Virus record (IMG/VR): IMGVR_UViG_3300033076_001247
Coordinates: 10,123 to 74,122 of that record
DNA: 64,000 nucleotides
Source: a virus
Taxonomy: Duplodnaviria > Caudoviricetes
Strand: one strand, 5' to 3'
A model generated the notes under the pieces. That model saw only the letters and a program-made list of their open reading frames with translations. It did no database searches and had not been told where the DNA came from. A program made the translations under genes and the position numbers. Below are positions 8,266 to 16,863 of this stretch, piece by piece (positions within the stretch are counted from its first letter, which is position 1; every line of letters begins with the position of its first letter).

Positions 8266-9026
8266 AGGTCGGCTTCGTCGCCTGCTCGTCGAGCAAGCTG
8301 ACCCGCGCCGCCCCGGCGTGGCAACTCTACACCTCGCCGTTGTTCCGGCTGTCAGTTGCATACCTGACGCAGAAGGTCGGCGTCGACCGCTGGTACGTCC
8401 TGTCCGCGAAGCACGGGCTCGTCGCGCCGGAGACGGTCATCGAGCCGTACGACGAGACGCTGACGAAGCTCGGTAAGGCCGAGCGCGCGGCGTGGGGCGA
8501 GCGTGTCGCCGAGCAGATCTACGCCGAATGGCGGAAGTGCGGCACCGACTGGCGCATGCAGGTGCTCGCCGGCAATAGCTACTGCCAGCCGCTTCGCGCG
8601 GCGTTGAGCGCCAAGGTCAATCCGTTCAAGGTCATGCGCCACCTCGGCTTCGACGAGCCGCTCGACGGGAAGGCCATCGGCGAGCGGTTGCAGTGGCTGT
8701 CGAGCGAGCTCGGGCGCGACGACAATGCCGCGCGCAAGTCGGGCGACCTCGACGAGCTGATGCGGCAAGTCCACTGGCATTACCCGTGGGGAACGGCGCG
8801 GGGGCAGTACGCGGTCGTCGACGGGGTGCCGGTGACGGTCTCGAAGCGAGGCTTGGAGTGGGCCGTCGAGGTCAAACGACTGACCGGCGCCCCGATGATG
8901 GCGACGGCCGCGACGGGCAAGGACGCGAAGGCTGCGGCGATTCATGCGGTTCGCGCTGGCGCGTGGCTGGTAACGGGCTATCGGACGACCTGGCACGAGC
9001 CGGCGGTCGAGGGAGGCGACGAATGA
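8262..9026 (+). CDS. DUF6884-like protein with C-terminal extension
   Basis: VACSSSK....A..LYTSPLF...WYVLSAKHGLV.P...IEPYD.TL pattern. Confidence 0.7.
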   Translation: MKVGFVACSSSKLTRAAPAWQLYTSPLFRLSVAYLTQKVGVDRWYVLSAKHGLVAPETVIEPYDETLTKLGKAERAAWGERVAEQIYAEWRKCGTDWRMQVLAGNSYCQPLRAALSAKVNPFKVMRHLGFDEPLDGKAIGERLQWLSSELGRDDNAARKSGDLDELMRQVHWHYPWGTARGQYAVVDGVPVTVSKRGLEWAVEVKRLTGAPMMATAATGKDAKAAAIHAVRAGAWLVTGYRTTWHEPAVEGGDE

Positions 9027-9211
9027 CGAGCGAGACGACGCGCATGACGGAGGCGGAGCTGTCGGCCGAGGTCGACCGGCTGCGGGCGGAGGTCGCGCGG
9101 CTCGAAGCGCGGCTGGCGAACTCCGTCCCGAAGGCGGACCTGACCCGCGAGCAGCGCATCGAGGTCGCCATCCGGCAGCGCCTCGCCGACGCGCCGGTGG
9201 TGAAGTCGTGA
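9023..9211 (+). CDS. Small coiled-coil protein
   Basis: ATGA-coupled; EVDRLRAEVARLEA. Confidence 0.6.
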   Translation: MTSETTRMTEAELSAEVDRLRAEVARLEARLANSVPKADLTREQRIEVAIRQRLADAPVVKS

Positions 9212-9519
9212 AACCCATCACCTGGACCTTCCCGCACGGCCACGTTCGCGACGGGCGGATATCTCGGTTCGCCGGCACGGCGTACGACGGGCGCATCGAG
9301 ATCGAGATGGTCGGCTCGGCGCCTGACGGGTGGTGCGCGCTGCTGTACCGGCGCGGGTCGCCGCTGCCGGCGGTCACGCTGTCGATGTCGGGACCGTCGG
9401 TGGTGCCGCTGCAGAACGCGATGCAGGTCGTCGTCGAGCGACTGATGCGGGCCGAAGGCGCGGACGGCGTCATCGAGGACGCGGACAACGAGAGGCTGGC
9501 GGCTCGGGGGATGCTGTGA
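9208..9519 (+). CDS. Hypothetical protein
   Basis: Coupled at both ends. Confidence 0.6.
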   Translation: MKPITWTFPHGHVRDGRISRFAGTAYDGRIEIEMVGSAPDGWCALLYRRGSPLPAVTLSMSGPSVVPLQNAMQVVVERLMRAEGADGVIEDADNERLAARGML

Positions 9520-10187
9520 CCGAGCGTAAGCTCCGCATCGGGTCGCTGTTTGCCGGCGTCGGTGGGTTCGACCTCGGCTTTGAGCGAGCGGGTTTTGAGA
9601 CGGCATGGGCCGTCGAGATTGACGAGAAGGCGCAGGCCGTCCTACGGCTGCGGTTCCCGAGGGCCGAATTGCACGACGACGTGACGAAGATCGGAGCGCA
9701 CAACCTCGGGCCGGTCGACGTGATCACCTACGGTTTTCCATGCCAGGACCTCTCGGTCGCCGGCAAGCGCGCGGGCCTCGACGGCCAGCGCAGCGGACTT
9801 TTCCATGAAGCAGTTAGAGTTATTCGCGAGCTTCGGGCGCGCGACGGCAAGCCAGATATCGCCATCGCCGAGAACGTCCCCGGACTTTTCAGCAGCAACG
9901 CTGGCCGAGACTTTGCTGTCGTCCTCCAAACGCTGGTCGACGTCGGGGCGCGTGACGTCGCGTGGCGAGTGCTGGACAGCCAGCACCACGGAGTCGCTCA
10001 ACGCCGCCGTCGCGTGTTCATTGTCAGCGATTTTGGAGGCGAACGCGCCGCAGAAATACTTTCTCTCGCCGAGGGCGTGCGCGGGGATTCTGCGCCGCGC
10101 CGCAAAACGAGGAAAGGCGCTCCCGCCGCTGCTGGAGCAGGCGCTCCGAGCAGTCTGCGAATCGACGGAACAGGGGGGGGGGATTAG
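9516..10187 (+). CDS. C5-cytosine DNA methyltransferase, N-terminal (alpha) polypeptide, motifs I-VIII
   Basis: SLFAGVGG, GFPCQD, ENV, QRRRRVF; ends just after the G10 tract. Confidence 0.92.
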   Translation: MTERKLRIGSLFAGVGGFDLGFERAGFETAWAVEIDEKAQAVLRLRFPRAELHDDVTKIGAHNLGPVDVITYGFPCQDLSVAGKRAGLDGQRSGLFHEAVRVIRELRARDGKPDIAIAENVPGLFSSNAGRDFAVVLQTLVDVGARDVAWRVLDSQHHGVAQRRRRVFIVSDFGGERAAEILSLAEGVRGDSAPRRKTRKGAPAAAGAGAPSSLRIDGTGGGD

Positions 10188-10902
10188 CGGCGCCGTGAGT
10201 TGCAAGTGGGCCAAAGGGACCGGCGGGCCTGCGGGCGACGAGTATCAGAACCTCGTCGCGACCGAGACGGTCGGCACCTTGTGCAGCGACACGCACCCTG
10301 GTGCGTACTCGGGTCAGGACGCCTACACGGGGCGGCTGGTGCCGATGAAGGCGAAGGACGAGACGGTCGCCTGTTACGACTACCTCGGATCGCATGGTGG
10401 TGGCGTCGAGGTGGGCATTAGCCCGACGTTGAAACGGAAGGACGGCGTTGCGGTGACTGTCCCGGTTGCCTTCCGTATCTACCCCGGCCAGCCGACAGAA
10501 GGACGTGCCGCTGAGTTGCATGCATGCGAGACGGACATAGCAAACGCCGTGACCGTGACCGAGCACGCGCGCTCAACCGACAGAGGAACGAGAGTCGTTT
10601 GCGCGACGGGCGACATCACCCACACTCTCGACGGCGCTCACGGTGCAACCGAAGACGGCACAGGCAGAGGCACGCCGATTGTGCCAACCCCGCGCATGGC
10701 GGTGCGAAGGCTGATTCCCAGAGAGTGCTCAAAACTGCAGGGATTTTCTCCTGACTGGAACGCTGAGGGCGTCGACAAGGCGGGCAAGCGCATCGTCATG
10801 GCCGACTCGTCGCGGTACAAGCAGATGGGTAACGCAGTCACCGTCAACGTCGCGCAGGCCGTCGCGGAGCGCGTAGCGATGGTGCTGGGAAGGCAGTCGT
10901 GA
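9805..10902 (+). CDS. C5 MTase overlapping-frame (beta-like) polypeptide carrying the variable region and motifs IX-X
   Basis: SLSAILE..PQKYFLSPRACAGILRRA..RGK.LP overlapping the alpha frame; RRLIPRECSKLQGF and RYKQMGNAVTVNV at the C-terminus. Confidence 0.85.
   Translation: MKQLELFASFGRATASQISPSPRTSPDFSAATLAETLLSSSKRWSTSGRVTSRGECWTASTTESLNAAVACSLSAILEANAPQKYFLSPRACAGILRRAAKRGKALPPLLEQALRAVCESTEQGGGISGAVSCKWAKGTGGPAGDEYQNLVATETVGTLCSDTHPGAYSGQDAYTGRLVPMKAKDETVACYDYLGSHGGGVEVGISPTLKRKDGVAVTVPVAFRIYPGQPTEGRAAELHACETDIANAVTVTEHARSTDRGTRVVCATGDITHTLDGAHGATEDGTGRGTPIVPTPRMAVRRLIPRECSKLQGFSPDWNAEGVDKAGKRIVMADSSRYKQMGNAVTVNVAQAVAERVAMVLGRQS
10173..10182 (+). repeat. G10 homopolymer at the alpha/beta frame junction
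   Basis: ACA-GGGGGGGGGG-ATTAG; the only G run of this length I noticed. Confidence 0.9.
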
Positions 10903-11069
10903 CCCCCGTCTTCCGCCGCCGGCCTGCTCCGGCGCTGCCGACGACCGGGCATCGGTGGGAGCTCGACGCGCGGACGGGCGGCAATCGGTGCGTGCGGTGC
11001 GGCGAGACGTGGTGGAACGGTCCCATGCGGGACTGCACGAAGGCCGAAAAGGCCGAGGGGGAGCGATGA
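10899..11069 (+). CDS. Small Zn-finger-like protein
   Basis: Coupled at both ends; GHRW...CVRCG...C. Confidence 0.55.
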   Translation: MTPVFRRRPAPALPTTGHRWELDARTGGNRCVRCGETWWNGPMRDCTKAEKAEGER

Positions 11070-11422
11070 CGAAGCCGGTGAAGCTGTACCGAGTGATGGA
11101 GCCCGACCCGTTCGAGCCCAAGGCGTGGCTGGCGACGGTCGAGGCCGAGAAGTCCGAGCGGCAGTACCGGCTGAACCTGCCGACCGACGACTCGCACGAG
11201 TCGGTCCGCATCCGACAGGTCTTCGGGTCGAACAAGACGATGCACCACCAGACGGCCGACCTGCTCCGCATCGCCGAGACGCCGAAGTACGCGATGGCGC
11301 TCGCGTACCAGTGGCTCGAAGACAAGGAGCGCGAGCTGACCGAGGCGCTCAAGGCCATTCCCGTCTGGCGGGCGCAGTTCGCGGAGGTCGCGGCGCAGGT
11401 CGCGAAGGAGGGCGGGCGATGA
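11066..11422 (+). CDS. Hypothetical protein
   Basis: ATGA coupling, RBS. Confidence 0.65.
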   Translation: MTKPVKLYRVMEPDPFEPKAWLATVEAEKSERQYRLNLPTDDSHESVRIRQVFGSNKTMHHQTADLLRIAETPKYAMALAYQWLEDKERELTEALKAIPVWRAQFAEVAAQVAKEGGR

Positions 11423-11769
11423 CCCGCCTCACGCGAGCGGAGCTGGTCGACCTCGTGCGGCGGCTAGTCGAGTCGCTGGGCGACGGCGGCCTGTCGCGGA
11501 CCCTGTGCATCGAGGCCGAGCGGGCGCTGAAGGCGGAGGAGGCGGACGGCGGCTTTCGCTCGCGGGGCTCGTCGCTCTACCAGGCGAAAGAGGACCGGCT
11601 CCTGACCGTCGAGCCGGAGATCGTCGGCCCTCGTTGGCAGTGGGCGGTGAACGGGTTCATTCCGGGGCTGTCGACGATGCAGTGGCTTGCCGAAGGCTAC
11701 GCCTCGACCGAGGCCGAGGCACAACAGGCGGCGCTCACCGCCGCGAAGGATCTCGCCGATGGCGAATGA
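11419..11769 (+). CDS. Hypothetical protein with AP2-like C-terminal motif
   Basis: WQW...GYASTEAEAQQAA. Confidence 0.6.
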   Translation: MTRLTRAELVDLVRRLVESLGDGGLSRTLCIEAERALKAEEADGGFRSRGSSLYQAKEDRLLTVEPEIVGPRWQWAVNGFIPGLSTMQWLAEGYASTEAEAQQAALTAAKDLADGE

Positions 11770-12133
11770 GAACCACGACCCCTGGGCGCTGCTGCGCGAG
11801 GCGCGGGAGGACGTTGACGCGATGGGCAACGGCGACCTGTGCCGAGCCATCGACCGCGCACTTGCTATTCACGACGCCGCGCTCGCGGAGGCGCAGGACT
11901 CCGCAAAGGATGTTGTGGAGTCTGTCGAGATGCGATGGGATTGGCATGAGGTGAACAGCCCAAATCGTCTTGCGGCGCTGTTGATGGACGGAACTCGCGT
12001 TGAGTGCCACAGGGCCAACTACAACGGTGTGATGGGCTGGTCGTGGAACGCGATGATCCAGCCCGTGGGGTTCGCCCTCACACTCGAAGAGGCCAAGTCC
12101 GCCGCCATCGCGGCGGCGAGGGGGATGCGATGA
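11759..12133 (+). CDS. Hypothetical protein (N-terminus shared with 16860; AP2-like C-terminus)
   Basis: ALLREA..L.RAIDRALA.HDA; GFALTLEEAKSAA. Confidence 0.6.
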   Translation: MANENHDPWALLREAREDVDAMGNGDLCRAIDRALAIHDAALAEAQDSAKDVVESVEMRWDWHEVNSPNRLAALLMDGTRVECHRANYNGVMGWSWNAMIQPVGFALTLEEAKSAAIAAARGMR

Positions 12134-12456
12134 AACGAGACTGGATGGCAATCGAAGAAGCACGTGAGGCCGGCGAACAGCCCGACTACGAAGAGGCCGA
12201 CGTGGCACCCGAGAACACGTTTGCGTGGGTGCTGACGCAACTCATGCGAAAGCAGGGGCGTTCGCTACGCTTCCTGCGTGCCGGGTGGAATGGCAAGGGA
12301 ATGCACGTCGGACTGTGGAATCCGATGGAGGACGAGCATCTCTCCGAGCCGTACCTGTTTCTGTTCACGGTCGGCGGCACTTACGTCCCGTGGGTTCCGA
12401 GTCAGACCGATATGCTCGCGACGGATTGGATGGAGCGTGGCGAGGTGCAGCCGTGA
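12130..12456 (+). CDS. DUF2829 / Tad2-like anti-defence signal-sponge protein
   Basis: R.GWNGKGM...YL...T..G..VPWVPSQTDMLATDW, the DUF2829 signature. Confidence 0.8.
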   Translation: MKRDWMAIEEAREAGEQPDYEEADVAPENTFAWVLTQLMRKQGRSLRFLRAGWNGKGMHVGLWNPMEDEHLSEPYLFLFTVGGTYVPWVPSQTDMLATDWMERGEVQP

Positions 12457-13313
12457 CCCGCGAACAGCTCGACGCCATCCGCGCTCGCGTGGAGGCCTCT
12501 ACGACATGCGGCCTCTCGACACAGATCGAGATCGACCGCGACGGCACGACGCGCTGGGTGAACGTCGGCCCGTACCCGTGCGCGACTCACGAGGACGCCG
12601 CACAGGTTCGCGACCTTGTGACGTTCGTTCATCAGTCCCCGACCGACCTTCGCGCCCTGCTCGCGGAGGTCGAGCGGCTGCGTGACGCACACGCGATGGC
12701 CGTGCAGGTCTCCGGCGAAATGTGCGAGAAGTGCGGATGGGCAATGAAGTTCCCCAGCGAGAAGTGCCGGTGCGAACTGCTCACGGAGGTCGAACGGCTG
12801 ACCGTCGAGCGTGACTTGGCCCGGCTGAACCGCGACCTCGAAGCGAAGGCGTTCCGAGAGGAGTGCACGTTGCACGGCACGACGCGGTCCCGCGTGCAGG
12901 ACGCAATCTCCGTTCTGTGGCACCGGGGGCGCATCGAACTGCGGCTGGACGACGCGACGACGACGACCGCGCTCGCGGACGCGCTGGTAGGGGTGTTCAA
13001 CGAGGTCGAGCGGCTGACCGCCGAGGTCGAGGCCAAGACCAAGCAGAACGTCGCGCTCATCGGGCAGAACGGGCGGCTGCAACAGGAGGTCGAGCGGCTG
13101 ACTGCCGACCCGCTGCCCGCTGCCGCGTGGGTTCGCGAGGTGGAGCGCGCCGCCTTCAAGCGCGGCGTGGCCGCGATGCGGGAGGCAGCGAGAATGAGCT
13201 TCGTGTCCGAGGCCGAGAAATGGCGGAGCGAAGGCGATGTAGAGATGGAAATCCGTTACTTGCGCCTTGCTGGCGACATCCGCTCCCTCCCCGATCCCGA
13301 GGACAAGCCGTGA
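12453..13313 (+). CDS. Ead/Ea22-like coiled-coil protein
   Basis: REQLDAIRAR...DLRALLAEVERLR, repeated EVERLT. Confidence 0.65.
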   Translation: MTREQLDAIRARVEASTTCGLSTQIEIDRDGTTRWVNVGPYPCATHEDAAQVRDLVTFVHQSPTDLRALLAEVERLRDAHAMAVQVSGEMCEKCGWAMKFPSEKCRCELLTEVERLTVERDLARLNRDLEAKAFREECTLHGTTRSRVQDAISVLWHRGRIELRLDDATTTTALADALVGVFNEVERLTAEVEAKTKQNVALIGQNGRLQQEVERLTADPLPAAAWVREVERAAFKRGVAAMREAARMSFVSEAEKWRSEGDVEMEIRYLRLAGDIRSLPDPEDKP

Positions 13314-13558
13314 CCGACGCCTTTGCCATCGCTCTCGCCATCATCGCTGGCCTCTCCCTGCTGCCTCTCGCATGGGATATCGCACGAACGGCGCTCGCTT
13401 ATCTGCCACGCCGACGAGAGCCGATCATCACGGTCAAGTGCAGCTGCGGGTCTCGGTTCGTCTTCCGATTCACGCGAACGGGCGAGGAAGCCGCTGGCAA
13501 CGACTTTATGCAGCGTCACCTCGCCATCCACCGATCCATCTGCCCGGACGTTCAATGA
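13310..13558 (+). CDS. Small membrane protein with C/H Zn motif
   Basis: N-terminal hydrophobic helix; CSCG..H..H..C. Confidence 0.6.
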   Translation: MTDAFAIALAIIAGLSLLPLAWDIARTALAYLPRRREPIITVKCSCGSRFVFRFTRTGEEAAGNDFMQRHLAIHRSICPDVQ

Positions 13559-13992
13559 CCCTCCCGACCCGCTACACCATCAACGGCGTGCCGTGGGGCG
13601 ACTGCGCGTGCTGCGACATGGCGAAGTGCGTCTGGCACACCGAGCACCCGGACCGCGACCCGCCGTCGCGACCGACGACCGCCGCGCTCGTCGAGAAGAT
13701 TGAGCGGCTGTACGTTCGCACGCTCGAGGAGCGGGTGCGGGAACTGCATGAGACGTGCGTCGGGCTCGTCCAAGCGAACAACCGTCAACAGGACCAGGCG
13801 TATCGACTGCAGGGCGCGCTCGACGCGGTGCTGCCTATCGACCCAGCAGTCTACGCGCCGGGCTCTGCTTTCATTCAAGCCTACCGAAAGGGCGCAGACG
13901 ATATGCGGTGGCAGATTCTCCGGCGCGTGTCCTGGGGCTCGGACCTTGCCGACCGCATTCGCAACGAGCCGGTGCCGGAGTACGAGCCGTGA
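13555..13992 (+). CDS. Hypothetical protein
   Basis: Coupled; Cys cluster; C-terminal AY.KG...MR...LA..IR motif shared with 12453. Confidence 0.6.
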   Translation: MTLPTRYTINGVPWGDCACCDMAKCVWHTEHPDRDPPSRPTTAALVEKIERLYVRTLEERVRELHETCVGLVQANNRQQDQAYRLQGALDAVLPIDPAVYAPGSAFIQAYRKGADDMRWQILRRVSWGSDLADRIRNEPVPEYEP

Positions 13993-14225
13993 ACCTTCTC
14001 GACGAGATGGAGCTGACGCACGCCGACTGCGCGCTGCTGCTGGAGCGGCTCGAAGGCGTCCACGGGAACAAGGGGGCACGCCTGCGCGAGAAGCTGTCCT
14101 TCATTCGAGACCATACGGTCGACGTGCTCGACACCGAGGCGAAGGTCTGGGCGGCGTACGCCGACCGCGAACTGACTGAGGACGGGGCGCGAGCGAAGAT
14201 CGCCGCGCTGAAGGACAGCCGATGA
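13989..14225 (+). CDS. Hypothetical protein
   Basis: GTGA coupling. Confidence 0.6.
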   Translation: MNLLDEMELTHADCALLLERLEGVHGNKGARLREKLSFIRDHTVDVLDTEAKVWAAYADRELTEDGARAKIAALKDSR

Positions 14226-14434
14226 CGACTCTGCATTCCCTGCTCGCCGAGTGCGAACGCTGGCTCGGCGTCGAGCCGCTGGGCAACGACCAATGGCTCG
14301 AGGTGGCCGAGCTGCGCGAGCGGGTGCGGCGGCTGATCACGCCGCCGGCCTGCGAGAAGGAGCCGCTGGCGACGAGCGCAGCCTCGTTCCTGTCCGACGT
14401 CGCCGCGAGGCGCCACGCGGACGGCATCGAGTGA
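14222..14434 (+). CDS. Hypothetical protein
   Basis: ATGA coupling. Confidence 0.55.
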   Translation: MTTLHSLLAECERWLGVEPLGNDQWLEVAELRERVRRLITPPACEKEPLATSAASFLSDVAARRHADGIE

Positions 14435-14922
14435 GCATCGAGCGAGAGACGCGACTCGACGGTCGCACGAAGGCGGCGCGAGAACAGGAGCGGCAGCGCG
14501 CCCCGAAGCGCGCTCGCGGGACCGGCAAGCAGACCTGGACCGTCTGCCGGAAGGTGGGCTGCGACCGCAAGCTGCGCTCGGACAACCGCTCGGGCTTTTG
14601 CCGGTCGCATCACCAGTCGGGAGGCCAATGCCGAAGGTGCCTCGGGCCGTGCCAGCGAGGGCACCCGTTCTGCCAGCGATGCCGGGTGAAAAACGACAAA
14701 GAGAGGGCCGAGCGGGTCGCGCCCTGCACGGCAGTGGGTTGCACGGTCGTCGTTCACGGGAAGACGGGGTTGTGCCACGAGCACTACCTGACCGGAGGTG
14801 GGATCTGCCGGTTCGCAGGCTGCTCGACGCGCATCGTCTTCGACAGCAAGACCGGCCTCTGCCGGCGGCACGGACACTACGCTCGGACGGAGCGGCGACG
14901 AGCCGCGAGGGAGAAGCGATGA
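14431..14922 (+). CDS. Tandem Cx4C...CxxH zinc-finger repeat protein
   Basis: CRKVGC..GFCRSH; CTAVGC..GLCHEH; CRFAGC..GLCRRH. Confidence 0.7.
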   Translation: MSIERETRLDGRTKAAREQERQRAPKRARGTGKQTWTVCRKVGCDRKLRSDNRSGFCRSHHQSGGQCRRCLGPCQRGHPFCQRCRVKNDKERAERVAPCTAVGCTVVVHGKTGLCHEHYLTGGGICRFAGCSTRIVFDSKTGLCRRHGHYARTERRRAAREKR

Positions 14923-15092
14923 CGGAGACGAGAGACGCAGAGGTCGAGCTGTCGTGGTTGCGCCACCGGCTCGGCGAGGTGCTCGAGGTAGACGCTGGGG
15001 CTGACGTGGTCGCCGAGGTGAGGCGGGTCGTGCGCGAGCGCGACGATGCCTTGTCGCGGTTGGCTGCGGCGCAGGCGAGGGGCGAGCGATGA
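14919..15092 (+). CDS. Hypothetical protein
   Basis: Coupled 57-aa ORF. Confidence 0.5.
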   Translation: MTETRDAEVELSWLRHRLGEVLEVDAGADVVAEVRRVVRERDDALSRLAAAQARGER

Positions 15093-15337
15093 AGACGTGG
15101 TGGAGCGGACTGTCAGACGAGGTGCGGCACATCCTGCTGTTGGTTCCCGTGATTGCGCTGGTGTTCGCGCTGCTCGCGTGGCTCGACTCTAGCGGCGGCA
15201 GCCTCCGCCAGTACGAGGTGACGCTCGGCGACGGGACGAAGGCAACCTGCGTCGTCGTCCAGGGCGTTCGCTCGGCCGGCGTGACCTGCATTCCGCACGT
15301 CGTCAACGGGCCCGACGCCGACGAGGACGCGCCGTGA
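15089..15337 (+). CDS. Small single-TM membrane protein
   Basis: HILLLVPVIALVFALLAWL followed by C..C. Confidence 0.65.
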   Translation: MKTWWSGLSDEVRHILLLVPVIALVFALLAWLDSSGGSLRQYEVTLGDGTKATCVVVQGVRSAGVTCIPHVVNGPDADEDAP

Positions 15338-15843
15338 GCGACACCGAGGCGAGCCTGCGCTCCCTGCTCGCTCGGGCGCATCACGCACTGCTCGAGGGCT
15401 ACTGCGGCGGCGAGTGGAGCTGGTACGTCCCCGACGAGGTGACGCTCGCGGCGGCGAAGGAGCAGTCGCAGGCGCTCGAGCTGGTCGCCGAGATGCGACG
15501 GGTGCTCGGATGGGAGACGCCCGAGGGCGACGACCAAGACCTCTCCCGCCTCGTCAAGAAGACCATCGACGCGCCGCAGGTCGCGCACGCCGACCTGTAC
15601 TCGATGCTCGTCGGGCAGGTCCGGTACTCGCTCGGGCGAAGCAGTTACATCGTCGGCGACGCCTGTAGCCAGGTGCGCCGGTACTGGCGACATCTGCGCG
15701 AGGGCGAGCGGGCTGTCATCGAGCGCGACGTCGCCGAGGAACTCGCCCGGTACGAGCGGATGGGTAGCACCTGCGGCGACCCGTGCGACCAGTCAGAGTG
15801 GGAGCGCCTCGTCGCGTGGATGGCCGAAAACAAGGCCATCTGA
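15334..15843 (+). CDS. Hypothetical protein
   Basis: 169 aa, last gene before promoter module A. Confidence 0.65.
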   Translation: MSDTEASLRSLLARAHHALLEGYCGGEWSWYVPDEVTLAAAKEQSQALELVAEMRRVLGWETPEGDDQDLSRLVKKTIDAPQVAHADLYSMLVGQVRYSLGRSSYIVGDACSQVRRYWRHLREGERAVIERDVAEELARYERMGSTCGDPCDQSEWERLVAWMAENKAI

Positions 15844-15852
15844 CACCCTGTC

Positions 15853-15930
15853 TTTTTTTCTTGCGCGGCGCATAGGGTCGTGGCAAAACGTCTCTCACCG
15901 GCGCAACGACGCGACGGAACGGAGACGAAG
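15853..15930 (+). promoter_or_regulatory. Conserved promoter + leader module A
   Basis: T-tract, TTGCGC-N17-CAAAAC, 41 nt to ATG including GCAACGACGC-N3-GGAACGGAGA. Confidence 0.65.
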
Positions 15931-16122
15931 ATGACCTCGACCCTGCTGACCGCGACCCGCCCCTCAACCGGCAAGACCAGCTACCACCGCGACGGCACCG
16001 TGACCTACTGGTCGGTCTACTCGCAGACGTGGCAGCGCACCTCGGCCGTCAGCGACTGCGAGTTGGCCGCGATGGGCCACGACGAGCGCGAGCGCGTCCT
16101 GCGTCACACGGGCCGCGCCTAG
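15931..16122 (+). CDS. Small early protein (monocistronic)
   Basis: GGAGA RBS, lies between module A and a terminator. Confidence 0.7.
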   Translation: MTSTLLTATRPSTGKTSYHRDGTVTYWSVYSQTWQRTSAVSDCELAAMGHDERERVLRHTGRA

Positions 16123-16138
16123 CAGTCGCCGCCACCTC

Positions 16139-16162
16139 GGGCGCCCTTCGGGGCGCCCTTTT
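16139..16162 (+). terminator. Rho-independent terminator
   Basis: GGGCGCCC-TTCG-GGGCGCCC-TTTT. Confidence 0.85.
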
Positions 16163-16175
16163 CGTTGGAGTGCGG

Positions 16176-16367
16176 ATGCCGCCCGTCTCTCCGGTCCGCC
16201 CGGTGTCGCCCGACGCTGGCGACCGACGACCGACCGACGACCGACCGAGGCGCGAGGATCGCGCCGACTTCGCCTCGGCGCTCGCGCAGGCCGTCGCCGA
16301 GGAGAGCGAGGAATGGGTCGCCCTGCTCGACCCGCGCCCATCGGCGAGCGTCGCGGGATGCGCGTAG
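16176..16367 (+). CDS. Hypothetical protein
   Basis: GGAG RBS, 63 aa. Confidence 0.45.
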   Translation: MPPVSPVRPVSPDAGDRRPTDDRPRREDRADFASALAQAVAEESEEWVALLDPRPSASVAGCA

Positions 16368-16690
16368 TGGTGGCCGAGGGACCGCGAATGGGACGGCAGC
16401 GGGTCCGCACGGTCGTCGTGCGCTGCGACTGCGGCACGGAGGCTCGGATGCACCTTGGCGCGTGGCTCGCCATCGACCCGGACGGAGCGACGAGCCGATC
16501 GTGCGGCTGCGCGCTCGTCGTGCGGCACGCGCGTCTGGGCGGACGACCGCCGAGACCAGGTCTGCGCGGCGTGTACGCCTCGCGAGGCGCATGGAAGGTC
16601 GAGCTCGGCGGCAGGTACTACGGGACTTTCGCGAGCGTGGAAGAAGCACAGGCGGCGGCGCTGGCAGTTGCCGAGAAGGAGACCCGATGA
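16358..16690 (+). CDS. Zn-knuckle + AP2-like protein (homing-endonuclease scaffold without HNH)
   Basis: CDCG...SCGC then GVY..RGAWKV..G..YYGTFASVEEA. Confidence 0.65.
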   Translation: MRVVVAEGPRMGRQRVRTVVVRCDCGTEARMHLGAWLAIDPDGATSRSCGCALVVRHARLGGRPPRPGLRGVYASRGAWKVELGGRYYGTFASVEEAQAAALAVAEKETR

Positions 16691-16863
16691 GGAACAACGT
16701 GGTCGTGGCAAAAGACGGAGAGGGCTACCGCGTGCGTTGTCCTGACTGCGGACTCGCGATGTGGTTGCAGACGCCCATCGAGGTGACCGCGTTCGTGCGG
16801 ACGATGAACGCCTGGGCGAAGCCGCACGACAAGTGCGCCCGCCGGGCGAAGGAGAGCCGATGA
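16687..16863 (+). CDS. Small Zn-ribbon protein
   Basis: CPDCG...H.KC. Confidence 0.55.
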   Translation: MRNNVVVAKDGEGYRVRCPDCGLAMWLQTPIEVTAFVRTMNAWAKPHDKCARRAKESR

